Positions 18,774-31,092 of a DNA stretch of 64,000 nt are shown here, piece after piece. Positions within the stretch are counted from its first letter, which is position 1. Every line of letters starts with the position of its first letter. The position numbers and the translations under genes were made by a program. The notes beneath the pieces are model-generated. The model was not told the origin of the DNA. It ran no database searches and was given only the letters and a program-made list of their open reading frames with translations. Source of the DNA: the human T2T-CHM13v2.0 reference genome, Homo sapiens. Location of the stretch: assembly GCF_009914755.1 (NCBI RefSeq), contig NC_060947.1. One strand, written 5' to 3'.

Positions 18774-20482
18774 ATGGGAAATTTGGAATTAAGCCTTCCC
18801 AGAGGAGAATTTCTGGGAAATCTACATTTCATAGTGAAATGGAGGGTGAAGACACAAGAGATGATTCATTATACTCTATTTTAGAAGAATTGTGGCAAGA
18901 TGCTGAACAGATAAAGAGATGTCAGGAAAAACACAACAAACTTCTGAGTCGCACTACTTTCCTCAATAAGAAAATATTGAATACAGAGTGGGATTATGAA
19001 TATAAAGACTTTGGAAAATTTGTTCATCCAAGCCCAAATCTCATTCTTTCACAGAAAAGACCCCATAAACGTGATTCATTTGGGAAGAGTTTTAAGCATA
19101 ATTTAGACTTACATATTCATAATAAAAGCAATGCAGCAAAGAACCTGGATAAAACTATTGGGCATGGTCAAGTTTTTACCCAGAACTCTTCTTATAGTCA
19201 CCACGAAAATACACATACAGGAGTGAAGTTCTGTGAACGTAATCAATGTGGAAAAGTCCTCAGCCTCAAACACTCACTCAGTCAAAATGTGAAATTTCCC
19301 ATTGGAGAGAAAGCAAACACATGTACTGAATTTGGGAAGATCTTCACCCAGAGGTCACATTTCTTTGCTCCTCAAAAAATTCATACTGTGGAAAAACCTC
19401 ATGAGCTTAGCAAATGTGTAAATGTTTTTACACAGAAGCCACTACTCAGTATATATCTGAGAGTTCATAGAGATGAAAAACTCTACATATGTACTAAATG
19501 TGGGAAGGCCTTCATCCAGAATTCAGAATTAATTATGCATGAGAAAACTCATACTAGAGAGAAACCCTATAAATGCAATGAATGTGGGAAATCATTTTTC
19601 CAGGTGTCATCTCTACTCAGGCATCAGACAACTCATACTGGAGAAAAACTCTTTGAATGCAGTGAATGTGGTAAAGGCTTCTCCCTGAACTCAGCCCTCA
19701 ATATACATCAGAAAATTCACACTGGAGAGAGACATCACAAATGCAGTGAGTGTGGGAAAGCCTTTACCCAAAAATCAACACTCAGGATGCATCAGAGAAT
19801 TCATACAGGAGAGAGGTCCTATATCTGTACTCAATGTGGGCAGGCCTTCATCCAGAAGGCACACTTGATTGCACATCAAAGAATTCATACTGGAGAGAAG
19901 CCTTATGAATGCAGTGACTGTGGGAAATCTTTCCCTTCTAAGTCACAACTCCAGATGCATAAGAGAATTCATACAGGAGAGAAACCCTATATATGCACTG
20001 AATGTGGGAAGGCTTTCACCAACAGGTCAAATCTCAATACTCACCAGAAGTCTCATACTGGAGAAAAGTCTTATATATGTGCTGAATGTGGGAAGGCCTT
20101 CACCGACAGGTCAAATTTCAATAAACACCAGACCATTCACACTGGAGAGAAACCCTATGTTTGTGCTGATTGTGGGAGGGCCTTCATCCAGAAGTCAGAG
20201 TTGATTACACATCAGAGAATTCATACTACAGAGAAGCCTTATAAATGTCCTGACTGTGAGAAATCCTTCTCCAAGAAACCACATCTCAAAGTACATCAAC
20301 GAATTCACACAGGGGAGAAACCATATATATGTGCAGAATGTGGGAAAGCCTTCACTGATAGGTCAAATTTCAATAAACATCAGACAATTCATACTGGAGA
20401 TAAACCGTATAAATGCAGCGACTGTGGAAAGGGGTTCACCCAGAAATCAGTTCTCAGTATGCATCGCAATATTCATACATGA
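18774..20482 (+). CDS. ZNF81: Terminal coding exon of KRAB C2H2 zinc-finger protein ZNF81 (spacer, ~5 degenerate fingers, 12 intact C2H2 fingers); the KRAB exons lie upstream of the window
   Basis: Uninterrupted ORF 18740-20482 with 12 CxxC-x12-HxxxH fingers joined by TGEKP-type linkers. The sequence DGKFGIKPSQRRISGKSTFHSEMEGEDTRDDSLYSILEELWQ...HRNIHT is recognised as ZNF81. A phase-1 acceptor (ttttctttctcttttTAG|ATGGG) gives the usual KRAB-ZNF last-exon layout. The first 11 ORF-track residues are intronic. Confidence 0.95.
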
Positions 20483-20760
20483 AAGTAATCCTGTTTCTTG
20501 AAAATGAGAGCCTTATAAGGCTGACAAAAGTCAGGTCTAACTATATATTATAAAATTCATCCAAGACAGATCCTATATGAATACATTGTATAAGGAAAAG
20601 CATCAGGCTATCTCACTTGAGATGGAAAAAAATTATTCAGAAGAAACTCTCTTAAAAATGCATTGAAGGAGAGAGAATTTGCACAGCCTCATGAAATATA
20701 GTAAAAGTCATACTGGGAAAAATGTTGTCAGTTTGGTGTGTTAGGAAAAGCCTTCCTATA
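20483..20760 (+). pseudogene. Decayed zinc-finger repeats in the proximal 3'UTR
   Basis: aaaattcatccaagacagatcctatatgaatac...ggaaaagc and aaaagtcatactggg...ggaaaagccttc resemble H-T-G-E-K-P-Y-x-C...G-K-A-F coding DNA. Confidence 0.6.
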
Positions 20761-21002
20761 GAAAGTATTATAAGTTAAATTGTTACCAAATTCTTTATAG
20801 GAAGGAGAGTGCAAAATTATGTAAATGATGGTCAGGTTTACTGTGTTATATTAAGCAATTTAAAGTGATAACAAAATGAAAGGTAGTGCAGCAAAATAAT
20901 ATAACTGGTGAGTAGACCTACTTTCAGTTCCATAGGGTGTTTGTGGCAGAACACAGTGCAGAACAGGAGGAATATTACATTTTTTTTCAAATTTAGAATA
21001 AT

Positions 21003-21070
21003 TATGTCCATCAAATGTTTCTTACTGAATATGTCTATCAAATATGTTTCTTATTGAATATTTCTATCAA
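21003..21070. repeat. Short tandem repeat, ~28-bp unit, ~2.5 copies
   Basis: tatgtccatcaaatgtttcttactgaa / tatgtctatcaaatatgtttcttattgaa / tatttctatcaa. Confidence 0.8.
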
Positions 21071-21604
21071 GTGAATCCACAATTTAAAAGTCACTTTGGT
21101 TTTATATATACACACATCTGCAGATATAATTTTATAAGAACACACAAATATAATCCTGTCATTCGTACTGGTTTCCATGACATAGTATCTTGTTTTCTTT
21201 CATTGTGGTACAATGCAAAGTAGCCACAGATTCCTCCCATCCCAAGTAGCGTCTCTTTGTCTACTACTTGACTTTGAACTTGGCCACGTGACTTTCTTTG
21301 GCCAATGGAAATTAGCAAAGAGAATCAATAAGAAGCTTGAGAAGTGTGCAAAGCCTGCCTTGAAGCTTACCCTCTCTTGCTGCTCTTTGCAAACCTGAAG
21401 AATCTCAAATTGCCCTACTCGGGGGTGAGGAGCCACCACATGGAGCAGTGGTGAGCCAGCCTTGCTGAGGCCCCTTAGACCAAGTAGCCTGCCAATTGTC
21501 AGAATTGGGAGTGAGGTTTTCCAAGACCTCTAGCCCCAGCTGAGCCAGCCTAGCCCAGAAGAGCCATACCAGTTATTCCAGCTGATTTACAGAATTGTGA
21601 GATA

Positions 21605-21610
21605 AATAAA
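21605..21610 (+). promoter_or_regulatory. Candidate poly(A) signal supplied by the MLT1 LTR
   Basis: First AATAAA I found after the ZNF81 stop; others include 25776 and 26041; usage unverified. Confidence 0.35.
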
Positions 21611-23100
21611 ATGATGATAGTTTTAAGCAACATGAGTTTTGGGGTTAGTTTGTTGTACAGAAAATGCTAAGTAATATTTGAAAGTATATGTTTGGGGGAG
21701 GGGGCATAGTGGACCAAAACGTGACAAGTGGCATTGGCTTTGGGTCTGAGTGGCACGTAGAAACTGGAAAAACAGTGAGGAAAACTGTTTTTCCTCAAAT
21801 AACAAAGGTTGGATAGTTGGCAACCCATGTTATTTAGTAGGGAAAGATACAGAAAAACAGTCATCACCATACTCTGTGGGAAGATAGAGAATGGACCAAA
21901 CGAACTGGTGGATCTGGCTAAGGAGATTTGCAGCAGAATATGGGAAGTATCAGTTTGCTTCTTTTAGCTGCATATGATACGATACAGAAAGAGAGAAATG
22001 AACTAAAGAAATAACTGTTTCTTTGGCAAGCAGAATTCAGAAGAAATATGGAAAAGCCAAGGATTGCTGGGTTGAAAAATAATGCTTTCACATCACTAGT
22101 CTCTCCAGCTATCTAACTATTCGCAAGGTAAAAAATGGCCTCAGGGTAAAGATCAAATCATGGTTGTGTCTGTAAGACTCTTTATTACAGTGTGTGAAAT
22201 AGTTCAGTTGGTGCTTAGGAGACCATCTCAGCTAAACTTAAGGGCTTCTAAAAATCTTCATGACGTTGTCCCATAGAAGCCTGACATACTACTCAAAGTG
22301 GAGAGAGACCTATCTTAAAAAGAATTGCTGATGTGGCATTTGGGGAAAGGAGTAGATCCAAACCAGATTCATAGGAAACTCACAAAGTTTTTAATAGAGT
22401 TTTACTAGTAAAACTACCTCCAGGTTGGACTTCCAGGGACTGAAACAGTTCAAAATGAAAAGTGGCCTCTGGATTCCCCTCCCTAACTTCTATGAATAGG
22501 ATACAAGCTGAGAAAGTTACTCAGATGCAAACACGGTCCATTTCTTATGGAAAATGAAGGGCATCTCAGAGGGAAGACCCAAGAACAATATATTAAAATG
22601 AGCTGGGGAGCCGTTCCCAGGGAGAACTGTGCCCTAATCAAGAAACGTATCTGCCCCTGGAGCCAAGGGAACCGACAACATTTGCTCTGTGGGATTTCAG
22701 AATCGTTATGGAACAGTGACTGATATGTGCCTCATGGTCCTCCTCTTTTTGAATGGGAGTGTCTATTACAGTTATCCTGTACCTATCCCACCATTGTATA
22801 TATTGGGTGTATGTTGGGGGGCATGTAACTTGTCATTTAGCTCACAGGTATCTGGATCAAGAAACTGAAAAACTGTACCCAAGGAACCTCAGCCACACCT
22901 GAACCTGATACAGAAGACTTGAGATTCTGGATTGGAGCTTGATGCCACAATTTTGGATGAGAAATTTGGAGGTCCTGGAATAGGGGTGAACACATTTTGC
23001 ATGGGGTGGTAATGTGAATACTTTGTGACCAGAAGACACACTGTGTTAGGTAGAAAAATGCTACAGATGTCTTCATCCCTGTATATGTGTCCTTCTTCAG

Positions 23101-24983
23101 TCTTTATTTCTCTTTGTGTTTCAGTTAGGATAATTTCTATTGATCTGTCTTCAAATTCACTGATGTTTTTTCTCTCACCCTGGCTTTGTCAAGTCTACTG
23201 CTGAACCCATTGAAGGCATTCTTCAACTCAGTTATGTTTTATTTTTATTTGTAATATTTCCATTTGATTCTTACAATTTTCATATATCTGCTGAAATTCC
23301 CCATCTTTTCATGCATGTTCATGTTTTCCCCTTTACCCTTTGTCTTAGTCAGTTTGAGCTGCTATAATAAAGCACCATAGACTTGGTGGCTTATAAACAA
23401 CAGAAATTTATTCCTCACAGTTCTGGAGCCTGGAAGTCTGAGATCAGAATCTAGCAAGGTTAGGTCTTGGTGACGGCCCTCTTCAAGGTTGCAAACTGCT
23501 CACTTCTTGCATTTTCCCATGTCTACAGCTAGAGAACTCTTTGGGATCCCTTTTATAAGGGCACCAATCCCATTCATGAGTTCTCCACCCACATTACCTA
23601 ACTACCACCCAAAGGCTCCACCTCCTAATACCATCACATTGAGGATTAGGATTTTAACATATGAATTTTGGGGGGGATGCAATCATTCAGCCCATAATAC
23701 CCTCTAACATATTAATCATAGTTATTTTTAACTCCCTGTCTGATAGTTCCAACTACTAGGTCAACTGAGTCTAGGTCTGTTGTTGTCTTCTCTTGCTCTT
23801 TTGCATCTAATAATTTTTGGCTGAATGTCACAGATGTTGTATGTAGGACAGTAGAAACTGAGGTAAATAGTAATTATTCCTGGAAACAGCCATGGTTGCC
23901 CTTTTGATAGGCCATTAGCATGGGGAGATTGAATCCATCTAATCAGGAGTTGGGCTGAGTTTGTGTTTCTTTGTTGCCAGTGTTACCTTTGCTGTACCAT
24001 AGACTTAAAATTCCTCTATTGTTATCTTATGCTTGAGGTAGGCACTGGTTTGCCCAGAGAATTTTTATTTTTCCCAGACCACACTTGCCTTTAGGCCTGT
24101 AGGCCTTTCCTGTGTGCCTGCATCTCAGGGAGGGTCTCTCTCCATGTTGTTGCCTCTATGTTAGTAGTAGACAACTGTTATTACTTGGTTCTTGCTGACC
24201 TGGTGAGTTGGGGGGCAGGGGTTGTCTTGGGCCAGCCTCAGTTTTTGTCAGGCCATGAATCCCTGGGTCTTGAGGGTGGGATTTTTTAGTGATCCTGCCC
24301 TCTTCCACTGGTAGAAGGCCTTTAATGATCTGGGCCCAGGATGATTTCCTGCCCTTTTATCATGGGTGGAATTTTTTTTTCCATTTCCCTCACTCTAGTC
24401 ACAGTGAATCTTTAACTGTGTCCTGAGGGCAACAGGGTTTGCTGCACTTCTTTTAGTGGCTTAAGGATTTTGTTCTGTAGGGGAGTAGGGTTTCATTGGA
24501 GCTTTGTGCCATTTCTATGTTAACAGCAGCCCCCTTGCAGGCCTACCCCATGGAGGTAGGCTTTCTCCAGTCTTCTTCCTTGTCCCCGTGTTTCTTGAGA
24601 GCACTCAGTGGATGACTATGGAGAAGAGCCTGCAAGCAGAGACCAACTACCCTTAGGTCTACAGCTCTCATGAGTCTCCCGCACTCAGCCTTTAGCAATT
24701 CATTAAAAATTCTTGTTGAATTCTTACTGCTTGTATAGTGGCCTCATCTTCCTTCCTGCTGTACCACAGATGGCCCAGGAGAGGCACTTGTCTTTTATTA
24801 TATTTCAAGCTAGTTGGTTGCTCTGTAATCTTAGCTCTCTGATGGGTTCGAGAAAACTTATGTTTTTGCAGATTACCCAGCTTTGTTCTTGTTATAAAGA
24901 TGGGAGCAGTGTTCTTTCCAGATGTCTACATGCTAGGCAGAAACTAGAAGTCTGGACAGTCTCCATGGTCTCCTACTATCAGA
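23101..24983 (-). mobile_element. L1M 5'UTR/ORF1-start fragment, antisense, inside the MLT1 LTR
   Basis: tttctattgatctgtcttcaaattcactga (antisense ORF1); L1M-like 5' end near 24950; imperfect duplicated flanks at 23083-23100 and 24984-25000. Confidence 0.65.
23341..23699 (-). mobile_element. MLT1A-type solo LTR
   Basis: tgtcttagtcagtttgagctgctataataaagcaccatagacttggtggcttataaacaacagaaatttatt...cattcagcccataata. Confidence 0.85.
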
Positions 24984-25346
24984 ATATGTGCCCTTTTCAG
25001 TGTGACTTTGCCACTTCACCCATCAAGAGGTAGAATCTATTTCTTCAACCCCTGCAACTGAGCTTGGCTATTTTGTTGGCCAATGGGACATTAACAAGTA
25101 TGATACAAGCAGAGGCTTGAGAAGTGCCTGCACAATGAGGCTTGCCCACTTTTGCAGCTCTTTGGAATCCTGAACCCATGTGTGGAAAAGCCTGAACTGT
25201 GCTGTTGGAAAATGAGAGCGATCACATGGAGCAGTAATGGAGCAAAGACCAGCCATCCCAGTTGAGATACCCTACACCAACCAGATTTTCAACTGCTGGA
25301 CATATGAATGAAGCTATCCTAGGCATGCAGTCTTGGTCAAGGCAAC

Positions 25347-25842
25347 TTTGGCTGGCAGTCTCTGAGATGACCCTGAATGATCCCCACCTCCTGGTATTCT
25401 CACTCTTATATAATCCCCTCCTCTTGAGTTTGGACTGGAATTAGTGACTTGGTTCTAGTGAATAGAATGAGGCAGAGGTAATGGGATGTCATGTTCAAGA
25501 TTGGTTACAAAAAGACTGTGGCTTCCATTTTGGGTGCTTGCTTACTCTCTCAGATGGCTCATCATAGGGGAAACCTGCTGCTACATCATGAGATAGCCCT
25601 GTGGAAAGGTCCACATGAGTGAACTTTGAAGCATATCCTCCCCCAGTTTAGCCTTTAGATGAGGACCACAGCCAAATAGCTTGACTGTAAGCCAGATAGC
25701 TTGACTCATGAGGGACCTTCAGCCAGAGGCATCTTTTGAGCCATACGAATTCCTGACCCATAGAAACTGCAAGACAATAAATGTTGTTTTAAGTTGCTAA
25801 ATTTTAGGGTAATTTGTTACACAGTAATAGGTTAATAATACA
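25347..25842 (+). mobile_element. MLT1F-type LTR
   Basis: ctgagatgaccctgaatgatccccacctcctggtattc...ttttaagttgctaaattttagggtaatttgttac...aataca. Confidence 0.8.
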
Positions 25843-26364
25843 CTGGCCCAGATTAGGAAGGTTCTGCCATCCATCCCAGCCATCCCAAACAACTACCAGA
25901 ATAATGGATTAAAACGTTAACTGTTTTAAGTCACTAAGTTTTGGGCAGCATGATAACAACCCAGCAAAAAGCTAACTGATACATTGATTATTTATTGCAT
26001 TTCTTCCTCCACTATTCTTCTCTAACAGATGACCAATACTAATAAACTACTGTGAACACTTTCATGTTTTAATCTCTGCTCTGTGCTCATAATCATATAT
26101 AGACATACATACGTTCCCATGCTTGTAATCAGAAGTTATATAAGATTGTTTCCTCCTTTGATTTTCAAAAATGGGATCATAACATACAACCATCTCTGCA
26201 GCTTGCTTTATTATTATTCAACAATATTTGTTTTGAATGGTTGCATGATAGTTTATGGGGTGGATGTACAATAATGTATTAAACTATTTGCATTGTTAAA
26301 ATTTATTCACTCCCATTTTCAACCCTTTTTTGTCACTGGGAACAATGCTGCTAAAAATATTAAA

Positions 26365-27060
26365 AGATAGTTTGCATAGTGGTTAGGTAGATAGGCTCAG
26401 GAACCCATCTGCCAGGGTTTCAATCCTGGCTCTACCAATTTACTAGTTTATGTGACCTTGGGAAAGTTAGTTAACCTCTGTCCTGATGGTTTTCATCTAT
26501 AAAAGATGTACACACTACCACCTATCATAGATTTGACTAAGAAGCATATTTCTTTCCTCGGGCTGCTATAACAAAGTACCACAAATTGGGCAGCCTAAAA
26601 CAGCAGAAATTGTCTCATTGTTCTTGAGGCTGGAGATCCGAATCACGGTGTCAGCAGGGTCATGCTCCCTCTGAAGGTGCTAGGGAAGGAACGGTTCCAT
26701 GCCTCTCTCCTAGCTTTTGAGAGCTTCAGGTGTTATTTGGCTTATAGATGCATTATTCCTGTCAGATGGCTGTTTTCTCCCTGTGTTTCTTCACATCATG
26801 TTCCCTCTGTGTGTCTGGCTCTCTTTCCAAATTTCCCCTTTTATAAGGACACTAGTTATATTGGAGTGGGGTTCACTTTAATGGCCCCATTTTAACTTAA
26901 TTACCTCTGTACTCTATTTCCAAATAAAATTGTATTCTGAGGTTCTGGGGATTAGGATTTCCACGTATCTTTTTTGCAGGTACACAGTTCATTAACAAGA
27001 AGTTAATGCATATTGTGTAGAGCTCTTAGAACTATGCATGGAGAGAATTTCTTAATGGGT
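26365..27060. mobile_element. MIR interrupted by an antisense MLT1C-type LTR (~26545-26998)
   Basis: MIR: caatcctggctctacc...gtgaccttgggaaagttagttaacctctg. MLT1: gggctgctataacaaagtaccacaaattggg...aatttccccttttataaggacac. Confidence 0.75.
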
Positions 27061-30000
27061 ATTAGATACACCTCACTTCCTGAGCCCGCACAGGTCCCCC
27101 TACAACTCTCTGTGCTTGGGACACTGAGGTGGGATTTGAGAGCTTGTTTCCGGCATCTTAGTGTCATCCAGCTATCTAAAGAAAATGTAGGGAGTAACAG
27201 GAAAAGCAGGCCTAAGACCAAAGCTTGTGCTTTGGGTCGAGAAGGATATGCCTATAGAAGATAATGAGAAGGAGCAGCCAGAGAGGTAAAAACATACCAG
27301 GTGAGCAAGGGGCTCATAGAGAACAGTGTTTCCAACAAGTGTTTTAATGGAGGACTTGTCCAAATTAGACATCAATTCATATGAGGATGGAAAATTGGTT
27401 CTTGATTTTATGACACAGAGGTTGTTGTTGGCTTTGATGAATGCTATTTTGGAAGTAAATTTAAACAAAGCAATTGAGCAAACTCAGAGGAATTTCTGAA
27501 TTCAGGTGGTGTTACTTCACCATGAAGCAATTTTTCTCATAGAAAAATATCAAGCCATTGGACTAGATTATTCTGTCGTTTGGGTTATACTGAGAAATAA
27601 GAGTTGGCTAAAGTAGAAATTACATGAGATTTGGAAGGTCAAAGGGAAGGAGCAACTATTGCTGTGAAAGTCTTTGAAATTAGAGACAGTGAAGGACAGA
27701 TGCAGAGGTACCCAGCAGGTTCCAATTTTTCCTATCTTCCACTCTATATCCAGCCCTTCTTTCCATCTTCCAGCCCTGCTGACCAACAGTAGCCCCAGGT
27801 CTACCACCAGATGCTTGGCTGCAGGCTCACAAAAGCTTCTCATGGACTTCTCCACCAGCTTCTCATGGCAGTCCCACATCAGCAGCTAGATGTGCCTGGC
27901 TTCTCAGATTTTCCTGAAAGCTCTGATTTATCCACCCATGCTAATGTCTCAAAAGGGCTGGTTTAGTGATTTCTTTAGTCTTCTAACTCCCCCTTCTAAA
28001 CCTTCCCCAGCTACCTCTATAAATTGTGCATGCATCCCTTATTCCATAATGCTCATAGTTATTATGCTTCCCTGATTGACATATTTATACTTTCTTTTCC
28101 TGAGAATTTGGTAGATGCTGCTCTTCTAAAATTGAGTGATGTTATTAAGAAGTCTTAGACAAACTTGCTCTCTTTTTTCTTGTATATAATGTGCCTTTCT
28201 GCCATATGATTCTTTTTTTATTCTTGAAGTTAAGGATCTATGGAAGCATATGCTTTGGTCCTGATCTTTGTGTATTAATTTTACCTGAGTTATAGTGAGC
28301 CATTCCAATCATTCATTTCAAGGAAGTTTTATTTTGCTTAACATTTTTTCTGATCCATTTCTTCTCTTCTTCAGGGACATCAATTATGCATATGTAAGAT
28401 GTCTTTGTCACCTTCTACATTCATCTTCTACCAATCAACATCCATTTCACATCATTATTCTTTTCAGTTTTGTGTGATTGACTCTAGCCTTGTCTTCAGA
28501 GACAATTCTCCTTGAATCTCATGTTCTTCATGTTTAGACATTAACAAGCAATTTGCTCAGATTTATTTACATTCCAGGATAGTAAAGATAGAGAATGTCT
28601 CCCTCCCTGGAGACTTTCCCAGAGAAGATTTGGTTGCATTCCAGGTTAATAAAGATTATATATATATATACCCAAAGAAGAGGATGGACAATAAAACAAT
28701 ATAACATTATTTCCCTCACATCTTAATTATGTGTATTTTCAATCATGTAGAAATATTGAAAACACAGTACAACCTATATAACATCCATCTAGATTTAACA
28801 ATTTATATGTAATTTTTCCTGAAATACCAGTGGTAAGTTATAGATATAACATTATAACCATAAATAATTGAGCATTCATCTCCTAAAAATAAGGACATTC
28901 TCCCACATACCTGGAATATCATTATCAATCTAATTCTATGATATATCCAGTCCATTTCCAAATTTCTCCCATTGTCCCCAAAACATATTTTACAGTTTTA
29001 ATGAGGTAGAATTAGCATACAGAAAGTGGAACTTGTTTAAAGTGTACAATTTGATGAGTTTTGACGTGTGCACCTTTCCAACCATCATGACAATACAAAT
29101 AATGAACATATCAATCACCCCAAAAAAGTTTCCTTATGCCTCTTTGTCATTCAGCCCCCTTTCCCCACATTCTTCCCACATCCACAGGCAATCATGGATC
29201 TGTTTTCTATTGTTATAGATTAGTTTGCGTTTCCTACAATTTTATACACATGGAATAATACTATAGGTACTCTTGTTTGGCTCCTTCCATCCAGCATAAT
29301 AAGTTTGAGATTCATTCATGTTGTTATATGCGTCTATGTTCATTCCTTTTTATTGCTAAGTGTTATTTCATTATATGGACATACCAGAATTTGTTTATCC
29401 ATTCATGTTTTGATGGAAATTTGTATTTCCAGCTTTTGGCTATTACAAATAAAACTGATGTGAACATTTGTTTACAAGTCTGTGTGGACATAGTTTTCAT
29501 TTCTCTTGAGTAAATGCATAGGAGTGAATGGCTTAGTCATATGGTAGGTATATACTTAATTATTTAAGAAATTGTCAAACTGCTTTCCAAAGTGGTTGTA
29601 CTATGTTACATTTTAACCAGCAGTATATAAGTGCTGCAGTTGCTTCATTGGGTATGATTATTATTTTTAATTTTAGTCATTTAATGGGAGTGTAGTGGTA
29701 TTTCACTGTGGTTTTAGGTTACACTTCCCTAATAAGTAATGCTGTTGAGCATCTTTTCTTGTGTTTATGTACCATCTGTATACCATCTTGGTTGATGTGT
29801 CTTCTTAAATATTTTGCCAATTTGTAAACTCAGTTGTTCGTCTTATTATTGAGTTGTAAGTGTTCTTTATATATCCTAGATATATGTCCTTTGTTGGATG
29901 TACATTCTGTAAACAGTTTCTTCTAGGTTTGCCTTTTCATTTAAATAACAGAAGACCAAAAGTTTTTAATGTTAACAAGCTCAATTCATTTTTGTTTTCT

Positions 30001-30328
30001 TTTATACTTCATGCTTTTTTGGTCATGGTTAATAAATTTTTGCAAAGCTCAAGGTCATTAAGATAAAAGTTTTTAAAAAGATTTATGCTTTCTTCTAGAA
30101 GTTTTATAATATTGGCTCTTATATTTGGTTACCTAATCCATTTTTATTAATTTTGCATATGATGTAAATCCTTTCCAAAGATAAGGATTTAGGTTGATTT
30201 TGTTTTGCATATGGCTGTCCAGTTGTTCCAGAACCATTTGTTGAAAATGATAATGCATTGGATTGCCTTGATATATTTATCAAAAAATTAATTGATTGGT
30301 TCTATTTCTGCTCTAGTTTTCTATTATG

Positions 30329-30420
30329 CCAGTACCACTACTGCCAGTACTACACCATTACTGTAGCTTCTGTACTACTGTAGCTTCTGTACTACTGTAG
30401 CATTACTCTTTGCTGTAGCT
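30329..30420. repeat. Short imperfect tandem duplications (tactgtagcttctg / gccagtac units)
   Basis: Directly visible repeated 14-17-mers inside the L1M. Confidence 0.7.
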
Positions 30421-30700
30421 TCATAAGTCTTGAAGTCAGATCATGCAAATCCTCTAACTTTATTCCTCTTTTTCACACGTTTTGGCTATTCTGGTTTTTC
30501 TTTGAATTTCTATATAAATTTTAGAATCACCTTGTCAGTTACTATTAAAAAAAAGCCTGCTGGGATTTTGAGATTGAACTGAATTCATAGATCTATATGG
30601 AGAGAATTGACATCTTAATTACATTGTTTTCATATCCATAAACAGGACATATCATTCCATTTATTTAGGTCTTTAATTTTTCTTAGAAGTGCTTTGTAGT

Positions 30701-31092
<392 letters not shown>

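Larger units (their letters stand above)
21205..25982 (+). mobile_element. MaLR (MLT1G/H-like) provirus remnant: LTR 21205-~21670, internal ~21670-23040, second LTR in pieces (23042-23100, 24984-25345, 25843-25982)
   Basis: LTR motifs gtgactttctttggccaatgg and ttttaagc...ttttggggttagtttgtt; MLT-int motifs ggcattggctttgg and ggatctggctaaggagattt; second LTR ends gctaactgataca. Confidence 0.7.

Noticed and set aside
20120-20378. AATAAA hexamers inside the CDS
   Set aside because: They are Asn-Lys codons of the duplicated fingers 8 and 11; no evidence of use
19869-20501. Overlapping alternative-frame ORFs (111 aa, 81 aa) in the ZNF exon
   Set aside because: Shifted-frame ORFs are a routine by-product of C2H2 repeat codon usage; no independent support
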